From NCBI GenBank assembly GCA_964016885.1, contig OZ024742.1, positions 243,660,001-243,724,000 of the forward strand: 64,000 bases of DNA, in the 5' to 3' direction. Positions 1 to 12,790 of the stretch are shown here, in pieces. Position 1 is the first letter of the stretch. Each line of letters opens with the position of its first letter. The stretch is from Eledone cirrhosa. Lineage: Eukaryota. The translations under genes and the position numbers were made by a program. The notes under the pieces are model-generated. The model saw nothing but the letters and a program-made list of their open reading frames with translations, ran no database searches and had not been told where the DNA came from.

Positions 1-179
1 GCCAGAAACTCTGCTATATGAGCGAGACACGATCACCCAACCCAACTTGCCTCTAATTGGGACAAACCCGTCTAACCCATGCTACCCTGGTATATAGACG
101 TTAATGGAGAATGATGATGATGATGATGATATACCTAAATTTAAAAATTCATTATTAATTGCTACAAGGTCAAAGGTAA

Positions 180-480
180 TGCTCAAGAAAAGAGCACCTG
201 CAAAGACATCAGACTGATGGATCAAGTTATGAAAGTAGCAGAATTTTATTAGCTCTATTGATTTGAAATAAAATTAGGTGAGATGAGATGTTGTTTGGAT
301 TTGTGCCAAGATGAAGAACCACTGATGTCCTCTTTTAGTGAGACGACTGCAAGATAAATTTCTAGCTAACAGTAAGCAACTATATTTAGCTTTTGTTGAT
401 CTGGAGAATGCCTTTGACAGAATACCAGGATTTGTATTATGGTGGTTTTTGAGGAAATTACATGTAGATCAACTGCTGGT
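180..480 (+). mobile_element. Degraded RTE LINE reverse-transcriptase fragment
   Basis: Manual translation gives DEM-FGFVP..TTD.LF.VR.LQDKFL...K.LYLAFVDLENAFDR.P with stops/frameshift; same motif as the RTE ORF at 56071-56790. Confidence 0.75.
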
Positions 481-1060
481 GGTGGTGGTTCTGGTTGTGT
501 GGGTTTGATGATGATGACAATAAGGAGGAGAAAGAATACTGTGTAAACATCTATATGTATACTTAAAAATATACATATATAGTCATTTTAAAATATACAT
601 CTTAGCTAACAACAATGTACAGTGTTGGTGAGAGGTGGGGCATGGTGATGGTGGTGGAAGTTGGTGTGTGGGGGGGGGGGGGGCATGGTTATGGTTGTGG
701 TGTAAGGATATGAAATGTGCACTCTTCAGTTTGTACTTCACCACACTACCAATTTCCTAAGTAGTGACTCACTGTCAAGGAGTATATACACATTAATTTA
801 TATTCATATTTTTATTAGAATTTAATATCAAAAACAAATTATATATTAATCATGGTGAATGGATATCGTGAAATATCCATTTTATTCTAATATCTGAGTA
901 TCAGTGAATTTCATATACCATTAGTTAATAATTGACATTCTTCATTTAAGGTATCTTGAGCCTGACAACCTGGCAGAAGCCACCCTTCTGCTAGTTCTAC
1001 AGACAGGTGGAGTTAAAATCAACATTGAAAGCTGGCAAAATACTTGTCAGTCGTACAACA

Positions 1061-1192
1061 TTGCTGTCATAGAAACACTGATCTGTGAGTCATGCTGTCA
1101 TGTAGAAACACTGATCTGTGAGTCATGCTGTCATAGAAACACTGATCTGTGAGTCATGCTGTCGTGTAGAAACACTGATCTGTGAATCATGC
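1061..1192. repeat. Minisatellite, ~31-33 bp unit, ~4 copies
   Basis: Repeated tgctgtcat(gt)agaaacactgatctgtgagtca. Confidence 0.9.
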
Positions 1193-1424
1193 TTAGTCAT
1201 TTCACCAACCAACAGTTGCATGTACACAGGACTACTCAATCAAAACTGACCTCAACAACAACAGCAGCAACAACAACAACAGCAGCAGCAGCAACAACAA
1301 TAACGATGATGATAACAACAACGAAAACAACAACAACAGTTATCTACTGTTGTCTATACTAATCAGCAAGACATAATTACTGACAGTAGATTGAGTACAT
1401 TGCAATGCCAGTAAGTAGATTTAA

Positions 1425-1645
1425 TCCTTTAGCATTTAAACCAGCTGTATCCGGCCAGAATTCTCTCACCTTTTTCTGTTCAAACCTGCCAGAACTGGCC
1501 ACTCATACTGATGTTAAGCTATTGTTCTCAAAATAAATAATATCAAAATCTCATAGATTCGATATTATGTGAGATAATTATGTGAGGTAAAGCCTTTACC
1601 ATGAAAATACAATAGTATATATAGAGTAATGTAAATTCTAATGGG
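1425..1645 (+). mobile_element. piggyBac-like MITE (~220 bp)
   Basis: TTAA on both sides; family TIR CCCTTTAGCATTTA/TAAATGCTAAAGGG; eight near-complete copies in the window. Confidence 0.8.
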
Positions 1646-2547
1646 TTAAACCTATCATCATAAGGCTAGTTGTTTGATACTCTTTCAACTCCCTTATTTG
1701 CTAAGTATACTTGAAAAATAAAATCTCATAACATAGATTTATTCATAAAAGCCTTTTTAACATTTTCATTCAGTGTCAGATTTATAGTTCAGGGGTTTGG
1801 GGTCAAAGGTATATAAAACTTGATAAAACTTTACACCAAAAGGTTTCGCAAAAATTGAAAACATATGGCTTTCAATTATTTTGAATCACCTTCTGATTAT
1901 GTGACCCCAAGTTGTACTTTGATTAGCTTATACCTGAATTCAGCATTGTTGCTGTTATATTAAAAATAATTTATATGATCTAAATCAATATATTATAGAA
2001 CAGACAGATGTGAAGAGAAATTATAGATCAACGGTATATATATTAACACAGACATCAACAAAAGACTAATAAATATACTTAATTGGTCTCAATTTCATTA
2101 CAATACATTATTGAAGTAGGGAATTTTTTCTATATGATAAACACACATAGTACAAGCTGTAAAGTGGTTAGTCATAGGAAGGGCATCTAGCCATAGAAAG
2201 CCTGCCAAACAAAGGGTTTGGGAGGACCCTTCAGTCATGTCAAGGAAATGTCAGCCTCCCTAGAGTTGGTGACCTACACAATAAATGCACTCAGTACACA
2301 CTGTAATATGGTTGATGACAGGAAGGGTACTCAGCCATAGAAATCTTGTCAAACAAAGGATTGGGAGGACTCTTTAGTTGTGTCAAAAACATGACAATTT
2401 CTCCTGTGCACTTAGTAGAACATAAAACCATATGTAAATGGGATGAAGATCTCTGGTCTGTCTAGGAGGTCAGTGGCCCCATTTCAGTATTGACTTGGTC
2501 TATATAGACCCATCCAACTCTTGCTAGCAGAGAAAGCAGACATTAAA

Positions 2548-2599
<52 letters not shown>

Positions 2600-3275
2600 C
2601 CAGGTGGGGGAGATTTTTTCTTCAGAAAAGTCAAATACATAACTAACATCAATGTAGAAAGAATGGAGTTGATAATTCATGTTGAATAAACTCGTTTTCA
2701 AAAGAACTCGTCTAATGGTGTTATCTAATTCATGTTGAATAAACTCATTTCAAAAGGATTCGTTATCTTATATTGGAATATTACATGTGTATATATTATT
2801 ATTTACGTAAATTATTTTTTTTACTGAAAATCATTAGCTTTCTCCTTGGAAATAACTAATTATTGAATGTATTGTGTGGGTTAGTTGAAGCAATGTGAAC
2901 TAATGTGGTTACATAATCTAGTGTAAGTAATAGTTCAGAGAATTATTCAGCTAGTTTATCACTTATCTATATATGAAAATCGATAAAATTATATACTGTT
3001 TGTTTATTTCACACAGATGAGATATATTGGGTTAAACATCAAATTACTGTATTTTCTGCTTGACTACTTCTAATCAGTGAAATCAGTCAATAGAAAATCA
3101 GTCCTTTTGTCTTCAAAGTTACAGCAAATAAAGACCTTATCAATGTGAATGATGAGGCTATTCCACTGGAAATTGAAATAAACTTACAGATTTTCCTTAC
3201 TTGAAGGTTGTCTCTATTCTACATATGATAATAAAGATTATAATAATTTCTAGCCAGGCAACTTCATATATCTAA

Positions 3276-3480
3276 CCCATTACTTTATATTTACTATTGT
3301 ATTTTCAAGGTAAAGGCTTTATCTCACATAATATCTTATATAATATCTAATCTATGAGGTTTTGATATTATTTATTTTGACAATACCTTAACATCAATAT
3401 GAGTGGCTAGTCATGGCCAGTTTAAAAAGAAAGAGGTGAAAGAATTCTGGCCAGATATGGCTGGTTTAAATGCTAAAGGG
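3276..3480 (-). mobile_element. piggyBac-like MITE copy
   Basis: Reverse-complement copy of 1425-1645 ending aaatgctaaaggg|ttaa. Confidence 0.8.
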
Positions 3481-3560
3481 TTAAATATAAACATATATAC
3501 ACAGCAGATCTCTTTGACTTTTACAAAGCACTAAGGAATAAATTTAATATAAAGAGTAGT

Positions 3561-3713
3561 GTGTTCATGCACAGAGATGCTATAAAATAGCTTATAAAAT
3601 AGGGTGAAGACCCTTAAAGATGGCAAACGGGCCAAAGGCAACTTCTTTTTCCATCTTTAAGGGTCTCAACCCTATTTCATAAGCTATTTTATAGCATTTC
3701 CATGCATGAGCAT
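3561..3713. repeat. Imperfect inverted repeat, ~62 bp arms, ~27 nt spacer
   Basis: atgctataaaatagcttat...gacccttaaagatgg pairs with ccatctttaagggtc...ataagctattttatagcat. Confidence 0.85.
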
Positions 3714-3844
3714 AACACGCTTCATATAAACATATAATGAATTTGATCATTATATTGGGGAAAGCAGTGTCAATTTTTCTCACATAAAGTCCTATTGGTT
3801 CCAGGCCTACAGAGTCAGAAAACAGCACAGCTCCCATGACTTTC

Positions 3845-4125
3845 GGAAACATTTTTTTCATGCTCCGAGTTGCTGAAGCATGGAACAAACAACCTGCATC
3901 AGTTGTTAGCTGCCGAGACACTACATCCTTTAAAATCTCCATGCTTCCTGAAATTCGCCAACACTACACCTGATATCCCCCCCCCTCATACATATGCACA
4001 CATGTACATCATAACTCATACACTGTTCACTTTCCTGACATTTGTACATTATTCTATGTACTATACATGCACCTTTGATGAGTTGTAGTGCACCCCAGCA
4101 CTATACACAATAATTTTATTATTGT
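3845..4125 (+). mobile_element. CR1/L2-group LINE 3' end (ORF2 C-terminus and 3' UTR)
   Basis: Reads KHFF.LRVAEAWNKQPASVVSCRDTTSFK, matching the typical FF..RV...WN.LP..VV......FK terminus; ends in the stem-loop gtagtgcaccccagcactatac followed by an AT-rich tail. Confidence 0.65.
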
Positions 4126-4249
4126 TAAAAAATTAAACTGGAGGGATGGTATATTAGAAGAGCTATTTTATAGTTACGTGAAATAATTTAAGTGGAAATC
4201 CTGCAATGACACACGAGCATGATAGAGTTGAAGCATTTGGAAACATTCT

Positions 4250-4495
4250 TATTGCTATACATGTTGTTTAATTGTTTATTTTTATCATTATATACATGTT
4301 TAATTGTTATACATATTCTTTATTTATATCATTATATACATGTTTAATTGTTATACACGTTCTTTATTTATATCATTATATATATTTAATTGTAATACAT
4401 GTTCTTTAGTTATATCATTATATACATGTTTAATTGTTATAAATGTTCTTTATTTATATCATTATATACATGTTCTTTATAACATTATATACACC
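4250..4495. repeat. AT-rich minisatellite, ~42 bp unit
   Basis: Repeated tttatttatatcattatatacatgtttaattgttatacacgttc. Confidence 0.85.
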
Positions 4496-4779
4496 CTCCA
4501 CTTTTTTCCCATGTTTTCATGTTTAACACATTCCTCCCACTTGGGCTGCTTGATCCTTTGTCATACAACTATAGTGACTTGCGCCACCTTTGTCCGGGGA
4601 ACAAAACTAATTGGAGCTACTTCCCCGTGGCCTAAATATAAGGGAGCGCTCTGGTGCCTCTCTCTCTCTTGCAACTTGACCATGCTAAGGTAAACACCAC
4701 TTCCTCTTTTACCCGCAGCAGCCCTGGAGAACGGAGGCGACTTCGCCTTCTCCACTTCAGCCTTCACCCACAACACGTT

Positions 4780-4910
4780 TCATCCTTGAGGATGCACCCT
4801 AATTTTGACAACCAAAAATTTGAAAAAAAATAATAAACAACCTTCGGCCTCCAGGAAGCATGGTAGAATTTTGAGACTTACTTTAGGAAAAAAGTAGTGT
4901 CTTCGACAAA
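4780..4910 (+). mobile_element. Fragment of Tigger/pogo-like MITE
   Basis: Matches the internal part of 29433-29620 (gaggatgcaccctaattttga...gtagtgtcttcga). Confidence 0.7.
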
Positions 4911-5470
4911 TTTCCTGAACCTAAGAGATATTAAAGTCTTGGGATGAGTTGGGTGAACGAAGTGCTCAGGCCAAACTTCCACATTTACCCCTCCTCTTCT
5001 TGTGAATCTTAACTCACAGGATCTCCATTAAACACTTCATCCAAGGCACTCTCTTCATAGTCATGATTTTCTACAGACATTAATCTATAGAAGTCAAGTG
5101 GAATATTAACTGCTATAACCACAAAAGCTGGAGAAGCAAGAAGGGAATAGAGTGAGGTGCAAAATCCTTTATGAAGGATACAATTCAAAGCCTAGTAAGG
5201 AATACAAATTTACAACCTAAAGTCAGAAATCAGACAACTTATCCATTCAGCCATTATTTCTGTCAAGTAATGTTTGTAAGGTTTGAAATAGCAGGTAAAA
5301 AACATTAATTATTACATCAATATATCTACTTTGCAAATTTTGCATGGATGCAATTAGTTATTGATATCATATTACATGCCTACCAACCAATGGATAGATG
5401 CACATCTACCTGGACAATCCAGCTGGCTCCAGAATTGATGGGATATTCACTCAAGACAGGGACTGTTTAA

Positions 5471-6081
5471 CCCTTTAATGTTCAAACTGTCCAAAACCAG
5501 CCAGAATTCTCTACCTCTTTCTGTTGAAACTGGCTGTAACCGGTCGCTCAAACTGATGTTAAGGTATTGTTCTCAAAATAAATACTTTCAAAATCTCATA
5601 GATTCGATATTATGTGAGATAATTATGCAAGGTAAAGCCTTTACCATGAAAATATAATAGTATATATAGAGTAATCATCATCATCATCATCATCATCAAG
5701 GTTTAGCGTCCGTGTTCCACGCTTGCATGGGTTTGGACGGGGGTTTTCCCACTTGAGGCAAGAGTGGTTGTCTTGCTCGCATAGGACTGTCTGGCGGGTT
5801 TTCTACAGCTGGATGCCCTTCCTAACACCAACCACATTTACAGTGTGGGGCTGGGAGGTTTTTACCGTGTTGCCTACACGGCCACATTACAGCGTGGGCT
5901 GTCTGGCGGGTTTTCTACAGCTGGATGCCCTTCCTAACACCAACCACATTTACAGTGTGGGGCTGGGAGGTTTTTACCGTGTTGCCTACACGGCCACATT
6001 TACAGCGTGGACTGTGTGTTTTTTTTGTCGTGACACCTACACGATCTCATTTGTTTCGGCCTGGATGTAAATGCTAAAGGG
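5471..6081 (+). mobile_element. piggyBac-like MITE interrupted by an RTE-tail retrocopy (5675-6066, minus)
   Basis: TTAA|CCCTTT ... AAAGGG|TTAA ends; the nested insert matches the RTE 3' UTR at 8085-8350, has a (TGA)n tail and an internal ~110 bp duplication. Confidence 0.8.
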
Positions 6082-6481
6082 TTAATGATTAAGTGCAGCT
6101 CTATTTGGCAAGCAAAGCAATGTGTTCAGCTGGCAAGAAAACCTATGAAGATCCACGGAGTCAAGGATCCACCTACACCATTTAAATCCACCACAGACAT
6201 CAGCTATGACCCTGAGTGCAATGGAGATGTGGAGCTCATCCAGAATGAGTAGACCACCAATGCTGGTCATGAGTAAAGCATCAATCCAATCCCCTGAGAA
6301 TTTGGCTATTGCAGAAAGTAAATGGCATTTAAATTATTGATGAAATTGGTCAAAGAAATTGGTCCAAAATTCTCTGCTTCTTTGTTGTTATATCTCCATA
6401 TTTGCTTAAGATTATTTTAGCAAGCTTAACTATAGACCAACTCTAATGATGATGATATATATATATGATGATGGTAGTGAA

Positions 6482-6820
6482 GGTGCATGGCTTAGTAGTT
6501 AGAGCATTGGGCTTGCAAGCAGAAGGTTGTGAGTTTGATTCTCAGACCAGGTGATGCCTTGTGTCCTTGAGTAAGATACTTTATTTCACGTTGCTCCAGT
6601 TTACTCAGCTATAGAAATGAGTTGCGACTTTACTGATGTCAAGCTGTATTGGCCATTGCCTTTCCCTTGGACATCATCAGTGGCATGGAGAGGGGAGGCT
6701 GGTATGCATGGGCGACGCTGTTTTCCACAAACAATCTTGCCTGGACTTGTGCCTCGGATGGAAACTTTCTAGGTGGAAATCCCATGGTCATTCGTGACCA
6801 AAGGGGGTCTTTACCCTTTA
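6482..6820 (+). mobile_element. tRNA-derived SINE (family B head)
   Basis: A-box-like tggcttagtagtt, B-box-like gagtttgattctc, then ccttgagtaagatactt; head shared with 49553, 62092, 42216 and 60500. Confidence 0.75.
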
Positions 6821-6831
6821 TATATATATAT

Positions 6832-8351
6832 ATGTATAAAGAAACAGTCAGCAAGGTTAGAATTAACAACGAATATAGTGAAGAGTTTAGCGTAAAAGTT
6901 GGCGTCCATCAGGGCTCTGTTCTCAGCCCCCTACTATTTATTATTGCCCTTCAGGCTATAACAGAGGAGTTCAAGACAGGCTGCCCATGGGAACTCCTAT
7001 ACGCAGACGACCTGACACTCATAGCGGAATCAATGGCCGAGCTAGAGAAGAAATTCCAAACATGGAAGCACGGCCTAGAGTCAAAAGGACTTAAAATTAA
7101 CCTGGCTAAGACCAAAGTACTAGTTTGTAGGAAAGAAAACAAGGCGGCGGTCCCTTCTGGGAAATGGTCGTGCTCGGTGTGTAGGAAAGGCGTAGGTAGA
7201 AACTCCATTTTATGTCCTAAATGCAAAGTATGGGTACATAAAAGATGTAGTGGGATCACAGGTAAGCTAACTAAGAACATAGATTTTACATGTGGCCGGT
7301 GTTCTGGTGCAATAAGTAGCAGCAAGTGCCCACAAAATACTAGCTCTTTCAATTGCGCAGAGGGTTCTATAGAAATAGTGGACAGCTTCCGTTACCTGGG
7401 CGATAAAATCAGCAGTGGGGGAGGGTGCTCTGAAAGTACTGTAGCTAGAGTCAGAACTGGTTGGAAAAAGTTCAGAGAGCTTATACCACTATTAGCTGCT
7501 AAAGGGTTCTCCCTAAAAATGAAAGGCAGGTTGTACGATGCCTGCATACGAACAGCAATGCTGCATGGCAGTGAGACCTGGGCATTGTGTGCAGAGGATA
7601 TACGCAGACTAGAGAGGAACGAAGCTTGCATGCTCCGCTGGATGTGTAACAGTAATATACGTGAACGGCAAAGCATAAACGAACTAAGGAAAAAATTAGA
7701 GATAAGAGGGATCAGATGTTGTTTACTCGAGAGAAGGCTACGTTGGTATGGACACGTGATGCGCATGAAAGTCGATAGCTGTATAACAAAGTGCAGGGCA
7801 ATAAAGATAGACGGTAGTCACGGAATAGGCAGACCTAGAAAAACCTGGGACGAGCTGATAAACTCCGACATCACACACTTACACCTCTCCAAGACAATGT
7901 CACTGGACCGAGACCTTTGGCGGTACTCAGTAACAGAGAAGACCCGCCTTACCTAAATATATAGTAAAACCTACTCCAGCCAGTAGGCATCTCTAACAAA
8001 ATACACCCCGTCCCACCACCCCCACCCCCACCCCATCCACACCACCCCGTTCTATGTAAAGTTATGTTGGTGCCGCGCCATCGAGGCCGAAACAAATGAG
8101 ATCGTGTAGGTGTCACGACAAAAAAACACAGTCCACGCTGTAATGTGGCCGTGTAGGCAACACGGTAAAAACCTCCCAGACCCACACTGTAAATGTGGTT
8201 GGTGTTAGGAAGGGCATCCAACTGTAGAAAACCTGCCAGACAGTCCTATGCGAGCAAGATAATCACTCTTGCCTCAAGTGGGACTACCCCCGTCCAAACC
8301 CATGCAAGCGTGGAACACGGACGTTAAACGTTGATGATGATGATGATGATA
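6832..8351 (+). mobile_element. 5'-truncated RTE LINE with open RT C-half, PHD-like finger, 3' UTR and (TGA)n tail
   Basis: ORF 6832-7956 has GVHQGSVLSPLLF, LLYADD, FRYLG, RLRWYGHV and GRPRKTW; tail gttgatgatgatg; ORF-track residues before 6832 come from the upstream SINE. Confidence 0.95.
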
Positions 8352-8369
8352 TAAAGGTGTTCTGAAAGT

Positions 8370-8745
8370 CATCATCATCACCGTTTTACATCCGTTCTTC
8401 CACGCTAGCATGGGTTAGACGGGTTGTCCTGTTGTGAGCAGTGTCCGGTCGGCTGACCTTGTCTTGCTCATATGGGAACTGATTCTGGCTTGATTTCTAC
8501 AGCTGGATGCCCATCCTAACACCAACCTCATTTACAGTGAGTGCTGGGTGCTTTTTTCCCGTGGTGCCTACACGTCCACTTTACAGTGTGGGCTGGGTGC
8601 TATTTTGCCGTGGCACCTCCACGACCACTTTGCAGTGGAATGATATGGACCCCAGTCCTATCATCTCATTTCTACAGCTGAGTAAACTGGAGCAATGTGA
8701 AATAAAGTGTCTTGCTCAAGGTAACAACACATCACCCGGTCCGAG
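8370..8745 (-). mobile_element. SINE with RTE-derived tail (head truncated)
   Basis: Nearly identical to 61735-62092; (TGA)n tail. Confidence 0.8.
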
Positions 8746-9779
8746 ATAAAGTAATTGCGTTTTTTCACCTCTATGAAATATGAATCAACCAATCAGTGAC
8801 AGCGGTGGTGTTGGTGTCGTGGGGATGAGTTAAGAATATAAAGCGATGTAGTTTTAAAATTAAAGACTTGAGTGTGGTGAAAATTATGGGAATATAAAAT
8901 CATAGAAGCTATGATGGTTGAATGAGTGATGGCAAGCTGGTCTTTGTGTTAAGTAAATATGTGGAATATATAGGACTATATGAATATAGCAGAATTAACT
9001 ACAATGAAAATTATGGAAATATAAATATATATGTGCTGGTGGAGGCGAAGTGTTGTAGGTGTTAAGCACATATAAGTGGTGTAAGTGTTAGGCACAGTAA
9101 GATATAAGGTATGAGAAATAAAGGGAGTAAGGGAAAAAAGGAAGACGCTTAAAATGAAAAATGGAGAAGGGGAAATAAAAATGGAAAAATGAAAAGTTGA
9201 AAAATTGGCAAGATGACAAAATATGACAAAATGGAAGAAAAGAAATTAAAAATTAGAAAAAATAAAATAATAAAAATTTTTTTTTTTTTTTTAAATTAAA
9301 ACGATTTAAATTGATAGTAACAATATAATTGTTTCTACTTTTGGCACAACGCCACCAATTACTCAAATTTGATAAGAGTATGTGTGTGAGAGAGAGGGGA
9401 TGGGGGGGGGAGATATGTTTTGTATATAAGATACAGTTCATTCTCGTCTCAGTACTGAATGTCACTGACTGAAGATAGATAAAAAAAAATCCTGAAACAC
9501 AAATGTCTAGCTTTATCACGTAGTAGCTGAGATAACTGTGACATTATAATAGGTTTTAAAATCCAAAGCAAGACTTATATATGTATATTATATGTAAACA
9601 TATCGTATATGCTTTCATATACACTTCTACGTTAGTCCTACGCTGAAGATATATTCAATGTTTATCACACAAGTAAGAGTTATTTCCCCTGTAACCACTA
9701 GCATTACCACAAGCGAACATCAGATTAAGACTTCATGACACAACATACCATATATAACAAAAATGACTGTATAATCTAC

Positions 9780-9935
9780 CTTAATAGTTTCCATCAATGA
9801 TTTCAGTTTCTCTGAATCCAGTACTGGTGGGATTGGTCGATGGATAATATTAATAGGAACGTTATGAATTTCGTTGATGTGTGCATCATGTACGGTGCAG
9901 TCAATGTTTTTATCTACACCGCTTTTGCTACCCAT
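9780..9935 (-). CDS. SRXN1: Sulfiredoxin, first coding exon (52 aa); exon 2 not found in the window
   Basis: MGSKSGVDKNIDCTVHDAHINEIHNVPINIIHRPIPPVLDSEKLKSLMETIK matches the Srx N-terminus (IH...I..VHNVP...LIRP.P.VLD..KV.SL..TI); phase-0 donor AAG|GTAGAT at 9779; start codon inferred. Confidence 0.88.
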
Positions 9936-10338
9936 TAGTAGTTGTCTATGATTAGAAATAGGTAACTTTGAAGTACGACTAATGTAATGTTTGCTAAGGT
10001 ATATGACATACCTAATGAAAACAGACTTATTGTTTAAGTGTATGTTAAGTAAATATGATGACGTTCCCTTGCTTAACAACCAATCATTTAACTCTAAAAG
10101 ACTTCCTTTAAACAATCCGGTACTAGCTTTATTACGTTTGGGTGTGCCTTATACGGTGAATTTTAAGTTTGCTTCTGTCGGGTATATTGTACGAAAATAG
10201 TTTTGGAATGTGAGGATAGGTTAAGATACATGCATTCTTCTCTTATACATGTATATACCTGTGTGTGTGTATATATATCATCATCATAATATATAATGAA
10301 ATTATTGAGTACAGTGCTCAGGTGCACTACAAAAGAAA

Positions 10339-10442
10339 TGCTTACAGCACCTAGGTTTCCCAAGCAGTCACCCATCTAACTACTAGCTAGGCTCGACGTT
10401 GCTTAACTTCAATGATCGGACGAGAACCGGTGTTTTCAGCGT
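10339..10442 (-). pseudogene. 5S rRNA retro-pseudogene lacking ~15 5' nt
   Basis: Minus strand acgctgaaaacaccggttctcgtccgatcattgaagttaagcaacgtcgagcc...agtagttagatgggtgactgcttgggaaacctaggtgctgtaagc follows metazoan 5S rRNA, including box A/C regions. Confidence 0.92.
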
Positions 10443-10660
10443 ACGAAAGAAAATATCGCAAAACATTTTTGTTTCTGTCGTTAGAAATCAAATTAGCCAC
10501 TATCATCATCACCACTTAACGTCGATTTTCCATGCTTGCGGGCTGTTACGTACAAGCGCTTCGTTTCTTTGGCTGGATGCCCTTCTAACGTCAACCACTT
10601 TACAGCATGTACTGAGAGCATTTTATCGTGGCACTAGCGCTGCCGTTACACACACACACG

Positions 10661-10743
<83 letters not shown>

Positions 10744-10878
10744 AGTGTAATTTTCTACACAAAACGAAGGTTATAGAGAAAATTGAGGTTGGTAATGGCA
10801 CATGGAATATATAAGAGACAGAATACTTTTTTGTGAAAAAACATAATTTTATAAGGTAAGGAAATAATAAAGGGTATA

Positions 10879-10928
10879 AAAAATGACCGGTTTCGATGGG
10901 TCTGCAAAAGCCATCTTTTCAAATGTTG
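10879..10928 (-). ncRNA. Minimal hammerhead motif (U3-A8 core) in inverted pLTR
   Basis: Identical reverse complement of 12791-12840. Confidence 0.6.
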
Positions 10929-12181
10929 ATTAATATTAAGAAAAATTAATAATACGAAGAGTTAAAATTTGAGATTTGAAAATTCAAGTATAAAATTCAT
11001 TGTGGGATTTCATAGTAGTTTTCATCTAGGTAGCAACAACAGGTTGACTGCTGTGTCCCTTTCTGGTAGTGAATGAGAAGTTATTTGGGGTGTGGGTTAT
11101 TTTATAAAGGTCAGATTTAGCAATGGCCAACTGGCCAGCTGCTCACTGGACCAAATATACCCAAACCAATCCTCAACCCTACAGTTACCAAATGTGGTAG
11201 AACAAACTGTGGAACGTGCCTCTACCTCACTGAAGGACAAACATTTACATTCAAAGATGGCCAAACATTTACAGTAAAAAACAATTTCACCTGCAACTCG
11301 GAGAACTTGATTTATGCAATAACTTGCGGTGGGTGCAAACACAACTACATAGGACAGACGGGCACCTCATTACGCAAAATAATGACCATCCACCGCCAAC
11401 AAATCCGGGACGCTAACACAAGAAAAATCCCCTTGAGCAGCCATATTGCGAACTGCGCAGGAATGACACTACCCAACTTTAAAATCTTCCTCTTCTACAA
11501 GTGCTCAGATTCGTTCACACAGCAACAAAGAATAAACAAAGAAAATCTATTCCTTAACAAATTTAAACCAAAACTAAACGGGTTATCACCCCAATAGAAT
11601 TGTCATAAAATATAAACACACATACGCACGGAATCACTACTATTAAAGACCAGAGACCAATTCTGTAGAATCAGGTTTATTCGTTGACAGACCATGCCTT
11701 TGTGTGACCAACACATCCATGTTAAACCCTGCACGTGCACACACATATATCTATATATATATGCGCACACAGAATTCACCACTGTCGGTTGCGGAGCCCA
11801 ATCTACATGAAGAACTCAATGTGATCAGAATGACTTGTATTTTAATTTCACTGTCCCAACTTCTTATATTATGGAAAAAATATATGTGTCTGTATGTATA
11901 TATATATATATATATATTTGGAGGCCATTTCTCTGTGTGTGGGTGTATGTATGTGTATATGTGTGTGTGTGTGTATGTGTGTGGATGTATGTATTGTGTG
12001 TGCGTGTGTGTGTGTGTGTATGTATGTGTGTATCTGGATGTATGCGTATGTGTATATATATATATATATGCGCGTGTGTGTGTGTATATATATGTGTGTG
12101 TATGTGTATATATATGTGTGTGTGTGTATGTTTGTATGTGTGTATGTATATATATGTGTGTGTGTGTGTATGTATGTGTGG

Positions 12182-12233
<52 letters not shown>

Positions 12234-12292
12234 ATATATATGTGTGTGTGTGTGTGTGTATGTATGTGTGTATCTGGATGTATGTATATATA

Positions 12293-12323
<31 letters not shown>

Positions 12324-12398
12324 GTGTGTGTGTATGTGTATATATGTGTGTGTGTGTATGTGTGTATGTATATGTATGTGTGTGTGTATGTATGTGTG

Positions 12399-12435
<37 letters not shown>

Positions 12436-12790
12436 GTATATGTATGTATGTGTGGATGAAGGTATGTGTGTATATATAGGTGTAAGTGCACTAAATCCCT
12501 TTCTATCACGCTCCACTCTCCTACCCACCACAGGAAGATATGTGTATGTATATTGCTTCCACCCCCTCACTGACCAGCAGCTGGCCAGTTGGCCATTGCT
12601 AAATCTGACCTTTATAAAATAACCCACACCCCAAATAACTTCTCATTCACTACCAGAAAGGGACACAGCAGTCAACCTGCTGTTGCTACCTAGATGAAAA
12701 CTACTATGAAATCCCACAATGAATTTTATACTTGAATTTTCAAATCTCAAATTTTAACTCTTCGTATTATTAATTTTTCTTAATATTAAT

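Noticed and set aside
4560-4778. GC-richer segment with a 71 aa ORF
   Set aside because: No recognisable protein or RNA motif; could not be assigned
6649-6831. N-terminal 61 aa of the 435 aa ORF
   Set aside because: Read-through from the upstream SINE tail and TA run; RT homology begins at 6832
9936-10115. N-terminal extension of the sulfiredoxin ORF
   Set aside because: Starts at a non-ATG codon with no recognisable homology; an upstream exon cannot be excluded
11704-12627. Long ORFs rich in YI/CV/HT (also ~25420, 28100-28700, 32420-33116, 46921-47431, 60937-61222)
   Set aside because: Translations of (TA)n/(TG)n microsatellites
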